A stretch of 64,000 nucleotides of DNA from an uncultured Planctomycetia bacterium (GTDB lineage: Bacteria; Omnitrophota; Gorgyraeia; Duberdicusellales; 4484-171): assembly GCA_964635565.1 (NCBI GenBank), contig CAZWON010000001.1:7020-71019 (forward strand). Reading direction: 5' to 3'. Within the stretch, counting starts at the first letter, position 1, and each line of letters starts with the position of its first letter. This document shows, in pieces, positions 38,451 through 48,654 of this stretch. The position numbers and the translations under genes are program-made. The notes beneath the pieces are model-generated. The model did not search any database, was not told where the DNA came from, and saw nothing but the letters and a program-made list of their open reading frames with translations.

Positions 38451-38957
38451 ATGATTATAAAAGGGAGAGTTCATAAATTTGGAGATAATATCAATACCGA
38501 TGATATCATTCCTGCTAAATATCTTGATTCTCAGGATAAGGTTTTTCTGGGCTCAAAGTGTATGGAAAATATTGATGCTTCTTTTGCAAAACGTATAAAG
38601 AAAGGTGATATAATAGTTGCAGGTAAAAATTTTGGCTGTGGGTCTAGCCGTGAACATGCTTCATGGGCAATTAAAGGATGCGGAATATCTCTGGTTATTG
38701 CTAAAAGTTTTGCGAGAATTTTTTATCGTAACAGTATAAATGTAGGTTTGCCAATTTTGATTTTTCCTTATACAGATGCAATTAATAACAGTGATATCCT
38801 TGAAGTTAATCTTACAAAAGGCGAAATTAAAAATATTTCTCAGAATAGAGTTTATACTTGCGATAAGTTTCCTTTTTTTATGCGTCAGATAATAAATGCA
38901 GGAGGAGTTATTGCTTGGATAAAGGGGAGGAAAAATGCCTCACACCAAAAAAGTTAA
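38451..38957 (+). CDS. leuD: 3-isopropylmalate dehydratase small subunit
   Basis: [31 protein letters not shown]. Confidence 0.94.
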   Translation: MIIKGRVHKFGDNINTDDIIPAKYLDSQDKVFLGSKCMENIDASFAKRIKKGDIIVAGKNFGCGSSREHASWAIKGCGISLVIAKSFARIFYRNSINVGLPILIFPYTDAINNSDILEVNLTKGEIKNISQNRVYTCDKFPFFMRQIINAGGVIAWIKGRKNASHQKS

Positions 38958-39174
38958 AGTGACATTGTTTACGGTTAATGCAAAAATAGAGGGGTATCTT
39001 CCTTTAGGAGAAGGCTTATTGCTTTCTAATTATTTAAATAAGGCAACGACCCATTTTATTACTTTAACAAAAGTCTCTGTATATAATTGGGAGGGGAGAG
39101 TGCAGTTCGATGCCCCATTTTTGTGTGTCAATAAAGAGTCTATTATTTTTGCAAAAAGTGAGGGAGATAAATGA
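38935..39174 (+). CDS. Small beta-rich hypothetical protein (DUF6812-like)
   Basis: GGAGG SD; overlaps both leuD and leuB; IEG-L...L--YLN...FI-LT...FLCVNK--I pattern. Confidence 0.65.
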   Translation: MPHTKKVKVTLFTVNAKIEGYLPLGEGLLLSNYLNKATTHFITLTKVSVYNWEGRVQFDAPFLCVNKESIIFAKSEGDK

Positions 39175-40226
39175 AAGAGTATAAAATTGCGGTTATTCCA
39201 GGTGATGGCACAGGTCCTGAAGTTATTAGAGAAGGGCTTAAAGTTCTAGAAGCAGTTAGCAAGAAATTTAGCTTTAAATACCAGAAAGTGCTTTATGATT
39301 TAGGAGGAGAAAGGTTTCTTAAGACCAAAGAGGTGATGCCGAGTAGTGTGTTAAGAGAGCTAAAAGATGTAGATGTAATATATTTGGGGGCGATAGGAGA
39401 TCCGAGAGTTAAACCAGGGATTTTAGAAAAAGGAATTCTTTTGCGTCTTCGCTTTGAATTAGACCAGTATATTAATCTGAGACCTGTGGTTCTTTATGAC
39501 AAACGCTTTTGCCCTTTAAGAGATAAGGAAGAAAAAGATATTGACTTTGTGGTCGTGCGCGAGAATACTGAAGGGCTCTACTGTGGGGCAGGAGGATTCT
39601 TGCGGAAAAATACCCGAGAAGAAGTAGCTATTCAGGAAAGCATAAACACTTATAAAGGAGTTGAGCGATGCATACGGTTTGCTTTTGAATATGCCCAAAA
39701 AAGAAATAAGAAAAGACAAGTTACTTTATGCGGGAAGACAAATGTTTTAACGTTTGCTTTTGATTTATGGGAAAGGATTTTTTATAAAGTTGCCGAAGAA
39801 TATCCTGGTATAAAAACCGATTATGCCCATGTTGATGCAACGTGCATGTGGATGGTCAAAAATCCTGAGTGGTTTGATGTAATTGTTACGGATAATATGT
39901 TTGGAGATATTATTACCGATTTAGGAGCAATTATTCAAGGAGGTATGGGTATTGCGGCGGGAGGTAATATCAATCCTGATGGTGTTTCTATGTTTGAACC
40001 CATAGGGGGCAGTGCCCCTAAGTATACAGGTAAGAATGTTATTAATCCTTTAGCAGCAATTTGTGCACTTTCTATGATGCTTAATTTTTTAGGAGAGATA
40101 AAATCTGCAGAGGCAATAGAGAATTCTGTAAAAAAAGTTGTGCGAGAAAAATTAAAGAGTCTTGCTGCTGGTAGGATGGGGTATTCTACTACAGAAGTTG
40201 GGGATTTGGTAGTGAAGAATCTTTAG
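39171..40226 (+). CDS. leuB: 3-isopropylmalate dehydrogenase
   Basis: [41 protein letters not shown]. Confidence 0.93.
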   Translation: MKEYKIAVIPGDGTGPEVIREGLKVLEAVSKKFSFKYQKVLYDLGGERFLKTKEVMPSSVLRELKDVDVIYLGAIGDPRVKPGILEKGILLRLRFELDQYINLRPVVLYDKRFCPLRDKEEKDIDFVVVRENTEGLYCGAGGFLRKNTREEVAIQESINTYKGVERCIRFAFEYAQKRNKKRQVTLCGKTNVLTFAFDLWERIFYKVAEEYPGIKTDYAHVDATCMWMVKNPEWFDVIVTDNMFGDIITDLGAIIQGGMGIAAGGNINPDGVSMFEPIGGSAPKYTGKNVINPLAAICALSMMLNFLGEIKSAEAIENSVKKVVREKLKSLAAGRMGYSTTEVGDLVVKNL

Positions 40227-40247
40227 TTACATACACACAAGATTGGT

Positions 40248-41282
40248 ATGAGGAAAAAAGAGAGGTACAATATAGCAGTTATTGGCGTAGGAGCAGTAGG
40301 GATAGAGATGCTGCGTATTTTAAAGCAGCGTTCTTTTCCTGTTAATAAGTTAAGAGTTTTTGCTCGTAGTGAAAGGGATATTACCGTTGATGGGGATATT
40401 TATCATGTAGAAGCAATTGAGGGTAAATCTTTTAGCGGAATAGATATTGCTTTTTTTGCAGGAACCGAAGGAGAAAAAGGAGCATCAGTTACCTATGCGG
40501 ATAAGTTTATTTCCGGGGGGGCAGTAGTTATTGATAATGGTGCAGATTTTCGTCTAAAGGAAGGAGTGCCTTTAATTGTTCCTGAGGCAAACCGTAAGGA
40601 AATTTTAACCCATAAGGGATTAATTGCTAATCCTAATTGTACTACCATTCAGATGATTGTGGCTTTAGCAGGAGTATATAAAAAGTATGGTTTAGCTCAG
40701 ATTATTCTTACCAGTTTTCAGGCAACAAGTGGAGCAGGTAGGAGAGCAGTTGAGACACTTTGCAATGAGACTGTCCGTATTGTAGATAAAAATAGGGACA
40801 AAGAATTTCTTTTATGGGAGAAGAGAATTGACAAATTTTCTGAAGTGTTTCCTTCTCAAATTGTTTTTAATGTAATTCCCCAGATAGGAGAATTTAAGGA
40901 TAACGGTTATACTAGTGAAGAAGAGAAAGTAGTCTGTGAGACGCATAAGATCTTTTCCGATGCAGAGATAAAAGTCTCTGCTACGTGTGTGCGGGTTCCT
41001 GTATTTACTTCACACTCAGAGGCTATTTATTTTACAACAAAAAAAGATGTTACCTTCAAAGATATTGAAAATACCATTGCTAATTCTGAAGGAATTAAGT
41101 TTCTTTGTAGGGACAGTTATCCTTTGCCTCTTGATGCAGAGAATAAAGATGAAGTTTATGTGGGAAGATTGCGCCTTGACCCTTTTAACAAGAATTCTTT
41201 CTGGTTGTGGTGTGTAGGAGATAATCTTCGGAAAGGAGCTGCTTTGAATGCTATTCAAATTGCTGAAGAATTGATTAGATAG
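40248..41282 (+). CDS. asd: Aspartate-semialdehyde dehydrogenase
   Basis: IANPNCTT, QATSGAG, FNVIP, TCVRVPV--SHSE, DNLRKGAALN. Confidence 0.96.
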   Translation: MRKKERYNIAVIGVGAVGIEMLRILKQRSFPVNKLRVFARSERDITVDGDIYHVEAIEGKSFSGIDIAFFAGTEGEKGASVTYADKFISGGAVVIDNGADFRLKEGVPLIVPEANRKEILTHKGLIANPNCTTIQMIVALAGVYKKYGLAQIILTSFQATSGAGRRAVETLCNETVRIVDKNRDKEFLLWEKRIDKFSEVFPSQIVFNVIPQIGEFKDNGYTSEEEKVVCETHKIFSDAEIKVSATCVRVPVFTSHSEAIYFTTKKDVTFKDIENTIANSEGIKFLCRDSYPLPLDAENKDEVYVGRLRLDPFNKNSFWLWCVGDNLRKGAALNAIQIAEELIR

Positions 41283-41359
41283 TCTTTCTTTATATTCAAT
41301 TAAATAGCTTATAATATTTAGTATACTTTATGTACAAGAGCGTGTTATTCTGCATTGTA

Positions 41360-41379
41360 TAAAAAGGGATTCCTTTTTA
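41360..41379. terminator. Possible bidirectional terminator or palindromic site downstream of asd
   Basis: TAAAAAGG-GATT-CCTTTTTA perfect 8-bp inverted repeat; AT-rich and therefore weak. Confidence 0.3.
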
Positions 41380-41399
41380 GTCTTGTGCGAGTAAGTCAT

Positions 41400-41710
41400 T
41401 CTATTTAAGAAGCAGATATCACTATCGAGATAATCCCAAAAGATACAGAAAATACTTTCTAGGAAAAAACAGAGTTTACTTCAGAGGAAGACATAGCTAT
41501 CTCTTGAAGATGCGGTTAAGGAGAAGATCAAGTCTTTTTTCTCCTGTAAAAATATTTTGTGAGTTAACACGTTGCTGAGACCTCCTGCTGTATGTTTTTT
41601 TCAATATGCAAAGGTTGTTGTTGCTCTTTATGATAAAGAAGGTATAAAGAAAGCATTTCTACTCTTACTGAGGACGGAAGCATTAAGCAAGAGATAGAGA
41701 TAAGATAAAA
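41400..41710 (+). pseudogene. Possible degraded gene remnant
   Basis: Protein-like fragments broken by stops and frameshifts: EADITIEIIPKDTENTF*EKTEFTSEEDIAIS*, AKVVVALYDKEGIKK, TLTEDGSIKQEIEIR*. Confidence 0.3.
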
Positions 41711-41824
41711 ATGTTTGATTTGGTCCTTTTAGAATCACACCAAAGTTTTCTATAAAAGGCTTAAAATTGTTCCCAACTTCCCTATTAATAAAACTTTCTA
41801 TATTATTTTACCTTTCTTTCTTTA

Positions 41825-41833
41825 TGCTATAAT
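41825..41833 (+). promoter_or_regulatory. Extended -10 promoter of truA
   Basis: TGcTATAAT ending 6 nt before the ATG at 41840. Confidence 0.55.
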
Positions 41834-41839
41834 TATCTT

Positions 41840-42634
41840 ATGATGAAAAATATATTTTTAGAAATTGAATATGATGGTAGCGAGTATTTTGGCTGGCAGA
41901 TACAAAAGGAAAGATTAAAAAATCCAGACATTAAATTAAAAGGACATAAAGAAAAAGTAAAAACTATCCAGGGAGAATTAGAAAGTTCTCTTGAAAAACT
42001 TTTTAGGAAAAAGATAAGAGTTGTTTATGCAGGAAGGACTGACCGTGGTGTCCATGCAAAAGGGCAGTGTGTTAATTTTAAGATTGATACAGCAATACCT
42101 CTTAAAAAAATAAAAATCGCTTTAAATGCATTGCTCCCTGAGAATATAAGAATTAAAAAGATTAAATTTGTGCCATTAAGTTTTCATGCTCGTTTTAGCG
42201 CAAAATCAAAGGTCTATCGTTATGTTATTCTAAATAAAAAAGACCCTTCTGTTTTTTTATACAAATATGCATGGTATTTACCTCAGAGGGTAGAAATAGA
42301 AAGAATGAAGGAAATCGCTTCTTACCTTAAAGGAGAAAGAGACTTTTTCTTTTTCGCTAAAGGAGCATTGAGATATAAAAGTTGCTGTCGGAAGATGATT
42401 AACGTTTCTGTAAGAAAGAGACAATCTTTAATTTATATTGATATGGAAGCAACAGGCTTTTTGAGGAACATGGCGAGGAATATTGTTATGTTTTTAGTGA
42501 AGATAGGAGAGGGAAAGATTAATTTAAAAGAAGCTAAGAAGATAATAGATAGGAAAATAGCTTATATTCCTAACCCTGCTCCTGCGAAAGGACTGTATCT
42601 TTGGAAAGTAAAGTATGAAGAAGAGAAAAATTGA
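41840..42634 (+). CDS. truA: tRNA pseudouridine(38-40) synthase
   Basis: EYDGS-YFGWQ, AGRTDRGVHA, FHARFSA, GFLRNM-R, APAKGL-L. Confidence 0.96.
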   Translation: MMKNIFLEIEYDGSEYFGWQIQKERLKNPDIKLKGHKEKVKTIQGELESSLEKLFRKKIRVVYAGRTDRGVHAKGQCVNFKIDTAIPLKKIKIALNALLPENIRIKKIKFVPLSFHARFSAKSKVYRYVILNKKDPSVFLYKYAWYLPQRVEIERMKEIASYLKGERDFFFFAKGALRYKSCCRKMINVSVRKRQSLIYIDMEATGFLRNMARNIVMFLVKIGEGKINLKEAKKIIDRKIAYIPNPAPAKGLYLWKVKYEEEKN

Positions 42635-44153
42635 TATTTATAATATTTTCGGTTTTAGTTTGCTCATTCTAATTACTATACTGTCTTGTGTACGTTTTAA
42701 TTATCTTCCTCAGTTTATCGATGATTATTACCATTTGTCCGTAGCTTTTGGTTTTATTAAATCAGGAGGGTGGACAGGGATAGACTGGTGGAATTTTTCT
42801 CCTTATGGTCGGCCTCATCTTTACCCACCCTTGTATCATTTTGTTATTGTTAGTTTAATATCTATGGGTATTGATGGAATAACAGCATTAAGAATCACAG
42901 AAATATTAATTGTTCCTCTTTTTTTCTTTTTATTATGGTATATTTTTAAAAAGCAGATTTCCTCTTTTTTTTCGTTTTTTTTTCTTATAATATCCAGCAG
43001 TTTTTTTGCTTTCTATTCTTCAGTTTCTGGAAATATCCCTGCTTCTTTAGCAGTAATTTTTGGAGTTTTATGTTGGTATTTTCTAAAAGAAGGAAAGATA
43101 ATTTCTAGTATTTTATTTTTAGCCCTTTCTTTTTATACCCACGCTGGTATTCCTTGGATTTTTGTTATATCTTTGTTAATTTTAGGAATTTTTAGTAAAG
43201 AATGGCGAAAAAAGTCCTTACTTATAATTTCAGCTTCTATTGTATTAGCTTCCCCTTTTATTATTCACCAGCTCCATTATCTTTCTTATGTCCATTTAAC
43301 GGTATTAAGAGAAGTTAGATTTTCTCATTATAGTATTCTTATTTTGTTAGCAGGTTTATTTTCTTTGCTTTACTGTCTCAAGATAAGAGGATTTTTTAGT
43401 TTCTTGTTTCTGGGGTATACTTTAGGAAGTATAGTTGTATTTTTTAAATACCCCTATCGTTTTTTTTCTGCCCAAGGGATGTTGGGTTTATGTATGGGGA
43501 TAGCTTATATTTTAGGCTATTTTAGAAAAAATTTGTCTTCTAAGAAAGAGTTTTTAATTACGCTAATTTTAGGATTATTTTTTTTCTTTATCCATCCTAC
43601 CGTTGATTTAAAGAACGGAAAGCTTAAATATAATTTTTTAAACTCAACTTATTATAATTTTATTTCAGGAAAATTCGTTCATATGTTTGAATTTAATACT
43701 TTATTTTACCCTAAATACTATACTCCTATTGTGGAGGTAATTAAGAAATATACTAATGCTAATGATATTATTGCTTCTAATATTCCTGTAGCTTCGCAAA
43801 TTTTTTCTGCTTTAAGTAACAGACCTACTTCTTCTTCTATAATGGTAGAGGTAGAGAGCTTTAAAAGAGTCTCTCCTTATAGGCTTGCAAAAATTATTGT
43901 TTGGATTAGGCCAGAATATAAAGAGCTTAATTACTGGATAAAAAGATTTAATCTTATTAAACTTTATGATAATGAATTAGGCATTGTGCTTTTAAATCCC
44001 CATTATTCTGGTAATTTTACTCCTTTAAAAGCAAAAATCTCCTTTAAAATAGTTAATTTATGCTCTTTATTTTTTCTCTTTATTTTTCTTTTAGATAATG
44101 TTAAAATTTTAGGAAAGAATAGAGTGGTATTATTTAGGAAGGAAGACGTATGA
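42615..44153 (+). CDS. Polytopic membrane protein, putative GT-C fold glycosyltransferase
   Basis: DDYYH after TM1, GRPHLYPPLYH, about 11-12 TM segments and a soluble C-terminal domain. Confidence 0.55.
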   Translation: MKKRKIDIYNIFGFSLLILITILSCVRFNYLPQFIDDYYHLSVAFGFIKSGGWTGIDWWNFSPYGRPHLYPPLYHFVIVSLISMGIDGITALRITEILIVPLFFFLLWYIFKKQISSFFSFFFLIISSSFFAFYSSVSGNIPASLAVIFGVLCWYFLKEGKIISSILFLALSFYTHAGIPWIFVISLLILGIFSKEWRKKSLLIISASIVLASPFIIHQLHYLSYVHLTVLREVRFSHYSILILLAGLFSLLYCLKIRGFFSFLFLGYTLGSIVVFFKYPYRFFSAQGMLGLCMGIAYILGYFRKNLSSKKEFLITLILGLFFFFIHPTVDLKNGKLKYNFLNSTYYNFISGKFVHMFEFNTLFYPKYYTPIVEVIKKYTNANDIIASNIPVASQIFSALSNRPTSSSIMVEVESFKRVSPYRLAKIIVWIRPEYKELNYWIKRFNLIKLYDNELGIVLLNPHYSGNFTPLKAKISFKIVNLCSLFFLFIFLLDNVKILGKNRVVLFRKEDV

Positions 44154-44449
44154 AAGAGGAGAAGAAGGATAAGTCGCAGGGTGAACGGCGGAAATACTTC
44201 AGGAAAGAAATAATTACAAATCTTAGTTATAGAGTTATTACCCCTTGTGGAGGAGAGGGTGTTACGTGTAACATTAGTGAAGGTGGATTGTGTATTGTTT
44301 TAGATAAAGAGATTCCTTTAGGGAGTATTCTTGAGTTAAAGTTCGAGCTTCCTGGCAAGGAAAGTGGTTTCATTGAGACTTATGCCCGTGTAATATGGCA
44401 GGAAAAGATAGATAAAGGATTTATTACAGGGGTAAAATTCGGGACTTAA
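44150..44449 (+). CDS. Stand-alone PilZ domain protein
   Basis: RKYFR (RxxxR) and NISEGG (D/NxSxxG), ending GVKF. Confidence 0.9.
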   Translation: MKEEKKDKSQGERRKYFRKEIITNLSYRVITPCGGEGVTCNISEGGLCIVLDKEIPLGSILELKFELPGKESGFIETYARVIWQEKIDKGFITGVKFGT

Positions 44450-44468
44450 CACATCTTTAAAGTTGTTG

Positions 44469-44497
44469 TTGACAATCTCCTACCCCTCTGTTATATT
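44469..44497 (+). promoter_or_regulatory. sigma70 promoter of mreBCD-mrdA
   Basis: TTGACA-17 nt-TATATT with an extended -10 TG. Confidence 0.7.
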
Positions 44498-44519
44498 TTA
44501 CTGTAAAAAATAGTTTAAA

Positions 44520-45581
44520 ATGGGAAGAGGTATAAGGACAATTTTAAGAAGATTGAGTAACCTCTTTGGTGCTTTTTCTAATGATATTGGGATTGATTTA
44601 GGTACTGCTACTACTTTAGTATATGTAAAAGGAGAGGGGATTGTTTTGTGTGAGCCTTCTGTTGTGGCAATTTACAAGAATACTAAAGATGTATGGGCAG
44701 TAGGAGAAGAGGCAAAAAAAATGTTAGGGAAAACCCCAGGAAGCGTTGTGGCTATAAGGCCGATGAAAGACGGAGTAATTGCAGATTTTGACATAACAGA
44801 GAGTATGCTACGGCATTTTATTAAAAAGGTACATCCGCGAAAAGTTATTGTTGGACCTCGAGTAGTGATAGCTGTTCCTTCAGGTATTACTGAAGTAGAA
44901 AAGAGAGCGGTTAAGGATTCTGCTCTTAGAGCAGGAGCAAGAGAGGTTATTCCTGTAGAAGAGCCTATTGCTGCTGCAATAGGAGTAGGGTTGCCTATTG
45001 CTGAACCCCAAGGCAATATGATTATTGATATTGGTGGAGGTACTACAGAGATTGCTGTAATATCATTGGGAGGTATTGTGTATGCTCGTTCTATAAGAGT
45101 AGGGGGCGATGAAATGGATGAGGCTATAATTGAGCATATGAAAAAGAATTACAACCTTATGATTGGAGAACGTACTGCTGAGGAGATAAAAATAAAGATA
45201 GGTTCCGCCTGGCCACTGGATGAGGAACTTACAATAGAAGTTAGAGGGCGGGATTTAATAACAGGTCTTCCTAAATTTATCCGTGTTAATTCTGAGGAAA
45301 TAAGAGAAGCTCTTCAGGCTCCTCTAAAAGAAATAGTAGAGGCAACAAAGGTGACTTTAGAACGAACTCCTCCTGAATTAGCTGCTGATCTTATTGAGAG
45401 AGGTATTGTACTCTGCGGAGGAGGTTCGCAACTGAAAGGATTAGATAAATTGATATCAGAAGAAACAGGGCTTGCTTCTTTTACTACGGATGATCCTTTA
45501 ACAGCAGTTGCCCTGGGAACAGGCAAAATCTTAGAAGAGCATAAGTTTTTAAAACAAATCTCTCTTGTATCTACCTTCTAA
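44520..45581 (+). CDS. mreB: Rod shape-determining protein MreB
   Basis: [32 protein letters not shown]. Confidence 0.98.
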   Translation: MGRGIRTILRRLSNLFGAFSNDIGIDLGTATTLVYVKGEGIVLCEPSVVAIYKNTKDVWAVGEEAKKMLGKTPGSVVAIRPMKDGVIADFDITESMLRHFIKKVHPRKVIVGPRVVIAVPSGITEVEKRAVKDSALRAGAREVIPVEEPIAAAIGVGLPIAEPQGNMIIDIGGGTTEIAVISLGGIVYARSIRVGGDEMDEAIIEHMKKNYNLMIGERTAEEIKIKIGSAWPLDEELTIEVRGRDLITGLPKFIRVNSEEIREALQAPLKEIVEATKVTLERTPPELAADLIERGIVLCGGGSQLKGLDKLISEETGLASFTTDDPLTAVALGTGKILEEHKFLKQISLVSTF

Positions 45582-46296
45582 ATTCACTAAATCAAAATTT
45601 GGTATTCTCCTATTAATACTCGTAGTACTTATAGTATATTTTTTTGTCCATTCTTTTTTTAAAAGGGTAGCTATATATTTTTATGGGAATTTTCTTTTCT
45701 CTAACAGTAGACTTAAACAGGAGATAGTAAGGATTAAAGCGGATAATCTGCGTCTTTCCCTGGAGAAGAAATATTATCAGGACATAAAAAAGGAAAATGA
45801 AAAGTTAAGACGCATCTTAGGGCTTAAAGAGGAGTATAGAATAGATATTCTTCCTTTAAGAGTAATAAGTGCAGTGCCAACAAGATTTAAGAGGACTATT
45901 TTTGTGAAGGGAGGAAAAGACCATAAGTTAAAAGAAAATACTCCTGTTCTAGACGAAGAAGGTTTCTTAATAGGAAAGATTTCTAAGGTTTATAATAATT
46001 TTTCAGAAATAACCCTTATTAATGACCCAGATTTCTTTATTACAGTTAAAATAGGAAATAATTTGGGACTTTTAAGAGGAACACTTTATGGGATGCTTAA
46101 GGTATATTATATTGAGAAGGATGTAGAGATTGACGATAATGAGGAAGTTTTAGCATTATTGTATTCTTGGGGAAGAAATTTTCCTATAGGAAAGGTAGTT
46201 AAGATAAAGAAATTATCTAATAGTTTTTTTATGGATATCACTGTTAAGCCATATTCTAAGCTCTATCCTTCCTTAATAGTTTTTGCAGTTAAATGA
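45565..46296 (+). CDS. mreC: Rod shape-determining protein MreC
   Basis: N-terminal TM, coiled coil [21 protein letters not shown]; position after mreB. Start codon uncertain. Confidence 0.88.
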   Translation: MYLPSKFTKSKFGILLLILVVLIVYFFVHSFFKRVAIYFYGNFLFSNSRLKQEIVRIKADNLRLSLEKKYYQDIKKENEKLRRILGLKEEYRIDILPLRVISAVPTRFKRTIFVKGGKDHKLKENTPVLDEEGFLIGKISKVYNNFSEITLINDPDFFITVKIGNNLGLLRGTLYGMLKVYYIEKDVEIDDNEEVLALLYSWGRNFPIGKVVKIKKLSNSFFMDITVKPYSKLYPSLIVFAVK

Positions 46297-46313
46297 GAAG
46301 AACTGAAATATAA

Positions 46314-46341
46314 TTTTAACTTTTAAATTTTAGTTTTTATG
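46314..46341. repeat. Four tandem TTTTANN heptamers
   Basis: TTTTAAC TTTTAAA TTTTAGT TTTTATG between mreC and mreD. Confidence 0.5.
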
Positions 46342-46343
46342 AT

Positions 46344-46787
46344 ATGAGAGATGTGGGTTTAAGGACTTTTGTACTTTTATTTATTCTTTTTTTTCTTGAT
46401 ATGGCAGTCCCTTTAGATTTTATTTTTAAGATAGATTTTCTTATGATAGGAATAATCTTTATTACTTTTTATATGGATTATACCTTTGTTTTATTTTACG
46501 TTATTTTATTTGGTATGGCAAAAGATGCGGTATCTTCTAATTTTCTGCCTTTTTATACTTGCAACTTTATTTTTACTGTTTTATTGATAAAAATACTCTT
46601 AAGACATTTTAGAGATAAGACTCTTTTTAGACTTATTATCGCTATTATAGCTATAATCTTTAATCTTATTCTTAATATATTTGTTGTAAGATATATATCC
46701 TTATTGTTCTCCTTAAGTTTTATTCTTTACTCTTTTTGTGGATTTCTTCTTATGGATTATGCCTTAAAACAATGGATAAAAGAGTAA
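46344..46787 (+). CDS. mreD: Rod shape-determining protein MreD
   Basis: Fully hydrophobic 147 aa with G--KD motif; between mreC and mrdA. Confidence 0.75.
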   Translation: MRDVGLRTFVLLFILFFLDMAVPLDFIFKIDFLMIGIIFITFYMDYTFVLFYVILFGMAKDAVSSNFLPFYTCNFIFTVLLIKILLRHFRDKTLFRLIIAIIAIIFNLILNIFVVRYISLLFSLSFILYSFCGFLLMDYALKQWIKE

Positions 46788-48469
46788 TTAGGAGAGTAAC
46801 TCTTATAGGGTTTTCGCTTATTCTGGGAGGATTGTTTTACTTTCAGATTATCAAGGGCGATTATTATTTGGTAAGATCTAAGGCTAACTATATAAAGGTT
46901 ATTCCTCAGGATACAATAAGGGGTTCTATTTTGGACAGAAATAAAAAGTTACTTGCTTATGACAAACCTATTTTTAACATTGCTGTTATTCCTTATCAGA
47001 TAAGAAATAAAAAAAGAGACCTTTTCTATGAGCTGTCTCATTTCTTAGGCGTTCCTTACAATAAAATAAATAGTAACTATAATCGCAATGTAAAAAGTTT
47101 CTTTGCTCCGGTAAGTATTATAGAAGATATTAGCAAAGAAGAAGCATTACGTACAAAGGAGAGATTCGGTGATGATATAATCATTAAAGAGATGCCGTTT
47201 CGTTTTTATCCTTTTAGTAAGGAAGTCTCTCATATTTTAGGATATGTAAAAAGAGCAGAAATTTTATACAATAAGCTTAAAGCTTATGGTTACACTCCTT
47301 ATCAAAGGGTAGGCTTCTTAGGAGTGGAGCAGTATTACGATAGTTATTTAAGAGGTAAAGACGGCGGTAAATTAGTTGAGGTAGATTCGAGTGGTAAGAT
47401 AGTAGGGTTTTTAGGTGAACAGGTTCCTCAGCGAGGAATAGATATTACCTTAACTATAGATTTACGTATGCAGATAGCTGCTTATAAGGCATTATCGGAA
47501 GAGAAAGGAGCCATTATTTTGATGGACCCTTACAATGGAGAGATTTTTGTACTTTGTTCTCGGCCTTCTTATGACCTTAATAAGGTTACAAAGGGCAAAG
47601 GTGTCCAAAATATTTTTAGAGACAAAAGGAAACCCTTTATTAACCGGACAATCCAGGCAACTTATCCTTTAGGGTCAGTTTTTAAGCCTATTGTTGCTAT
47701 AGCAGGTTTAGAAGAGAAGTTAATAAGTAAAGATACTACTTTTAATTGTCCCGGATATTTTATATTTAAGGATTCAAAATTTTCTTGCTGGGATATTCAT
47801 GGAGTTCAGAATCTTATTGATGCGCTCGTTCATTCCTGCAATGTTTATTTTTATAATCTCGGTTTAAGAGCAGGAATAGAGAGAATTTACCGGTGGGCAA
47901 AAAAATTTAATTTTGGCAAGAAAACAGACATCGACTTACCTTATGAAAAGAAAGGTATTGTGCCTAATCCTAAGTGGAAACGAAAATATAGAAAAAAGAT
48001 GTGGTTTACAGGAGATACCATAAACATTTCTATTGGGCAAGGCTATTTAGAAGTAACCCCCCTGCAGGCATTAGTGGCAATCTCTGCTTTTGCCAATGGA
48101 GGTTATATTGTAAGGCCTCATCTTCTTAAGAAGATTGGAGATGAAGAAACTGCCTTTTTGAGTAAGAATTATCTTAATATTTCTTCTTTTCATCTTAAAA
48201 TAATAAAAGAAGGTTTAAGAGAGGCTGTTTTAAGAAAAAGTGGAACTGCCCATTTGCTTTATAATCTATCTTTAGGTATTGCTGGTAAAACGGGTACTGC
48301 CCAGACTTCGGGGAAATCACATGGTTGGTTTGTGGGGTTTTTTCCTTATCGCCGACCCCGATATAGTATATGTGTATTTTTAGAGAACGCAGGCTCAAGT
48401 TATAGAGCCTTAAAAGTAGCTTACCAACTTTTGTTGCAATTTAAAAGAGAGGGTTTAATTAAAGATTAA
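46772..48469 (+). CDS. mrdA: Penicillin-binding protein 2
   Basis: RG-ILDRN, SVFK (SxxK), SCN (SxN), KTGTAQ. Start moved to ATG 46772. Confidence 0.95.
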   Translation: MDKRVIRRVTLIGFSLILGGLFYFQIIKGDYYLVRSKANYIKVIPQDTIRGSILDRNKKLLAYDKPIFNIAVIPYQIRNKKRDLFYELSHFLGVPYNKINSNYNRNVKSFFAPVSIIEDISKEEALRTKERFGDDIIIKEMPFRFYPFSKEVSHILGYVKRAEILYNKLKAYGYTPYQRVGFLGVEQYYDSYLRGKDGGKLVEVDSSGKIVGFLGEQVPQRGIDITLTIDLRMQIAAYKALSEEKGAIILMDPYNGEIFVLCSRPSYDLNKVTKGKGVQNIFRDKRKPFINRTIQATYPLGSVFKPIVAIAGLEEKLISKDTTFNCPGYFIFKDSKFSCWDIHGVQNLIDALVHSCNVYFYNLGLRAGIERIYRWAKKFNFGKKTDIDLPYEKKGIVPNPKWKRKYRKKMWFTGDTINISIGQGYLEVTPLQALVAISAFANGGYIVRPHLLKKIGDEETAFLSKNYLNISSFHLKIIKEGLREAVLRKSGTAHLLYNLSLGIAGKTGTAQTSGKSHGWFVGFFPYRRPRYSICVFLENAGSSYRALKVAYQLLLQFKREGLIKD

Positions 48470-48654
48470 GGTTATCTAAAAAGGTTATTAGAAATATTTA
48501 AAAGAAGTAAAATATAAAATTAAAATTCACAATATAAATAATGTCTGTTATTATTATGTTATCAAGGAGAGAAGATAATTTTTGTGTCTTGTGGTATATT
48601 TGATAATCAAGATAGGTTGTTTTAAGAGAAGGATATTTATAACAAGGAGCGAGT

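Noticed and set aside
48470-48654. preQ1 riboswitch upstream of queF
   Set aside because: I could not find the short P1 stem with a GUUC-type loop followed by an A-rich tail; an Rfam scan would be decisive.
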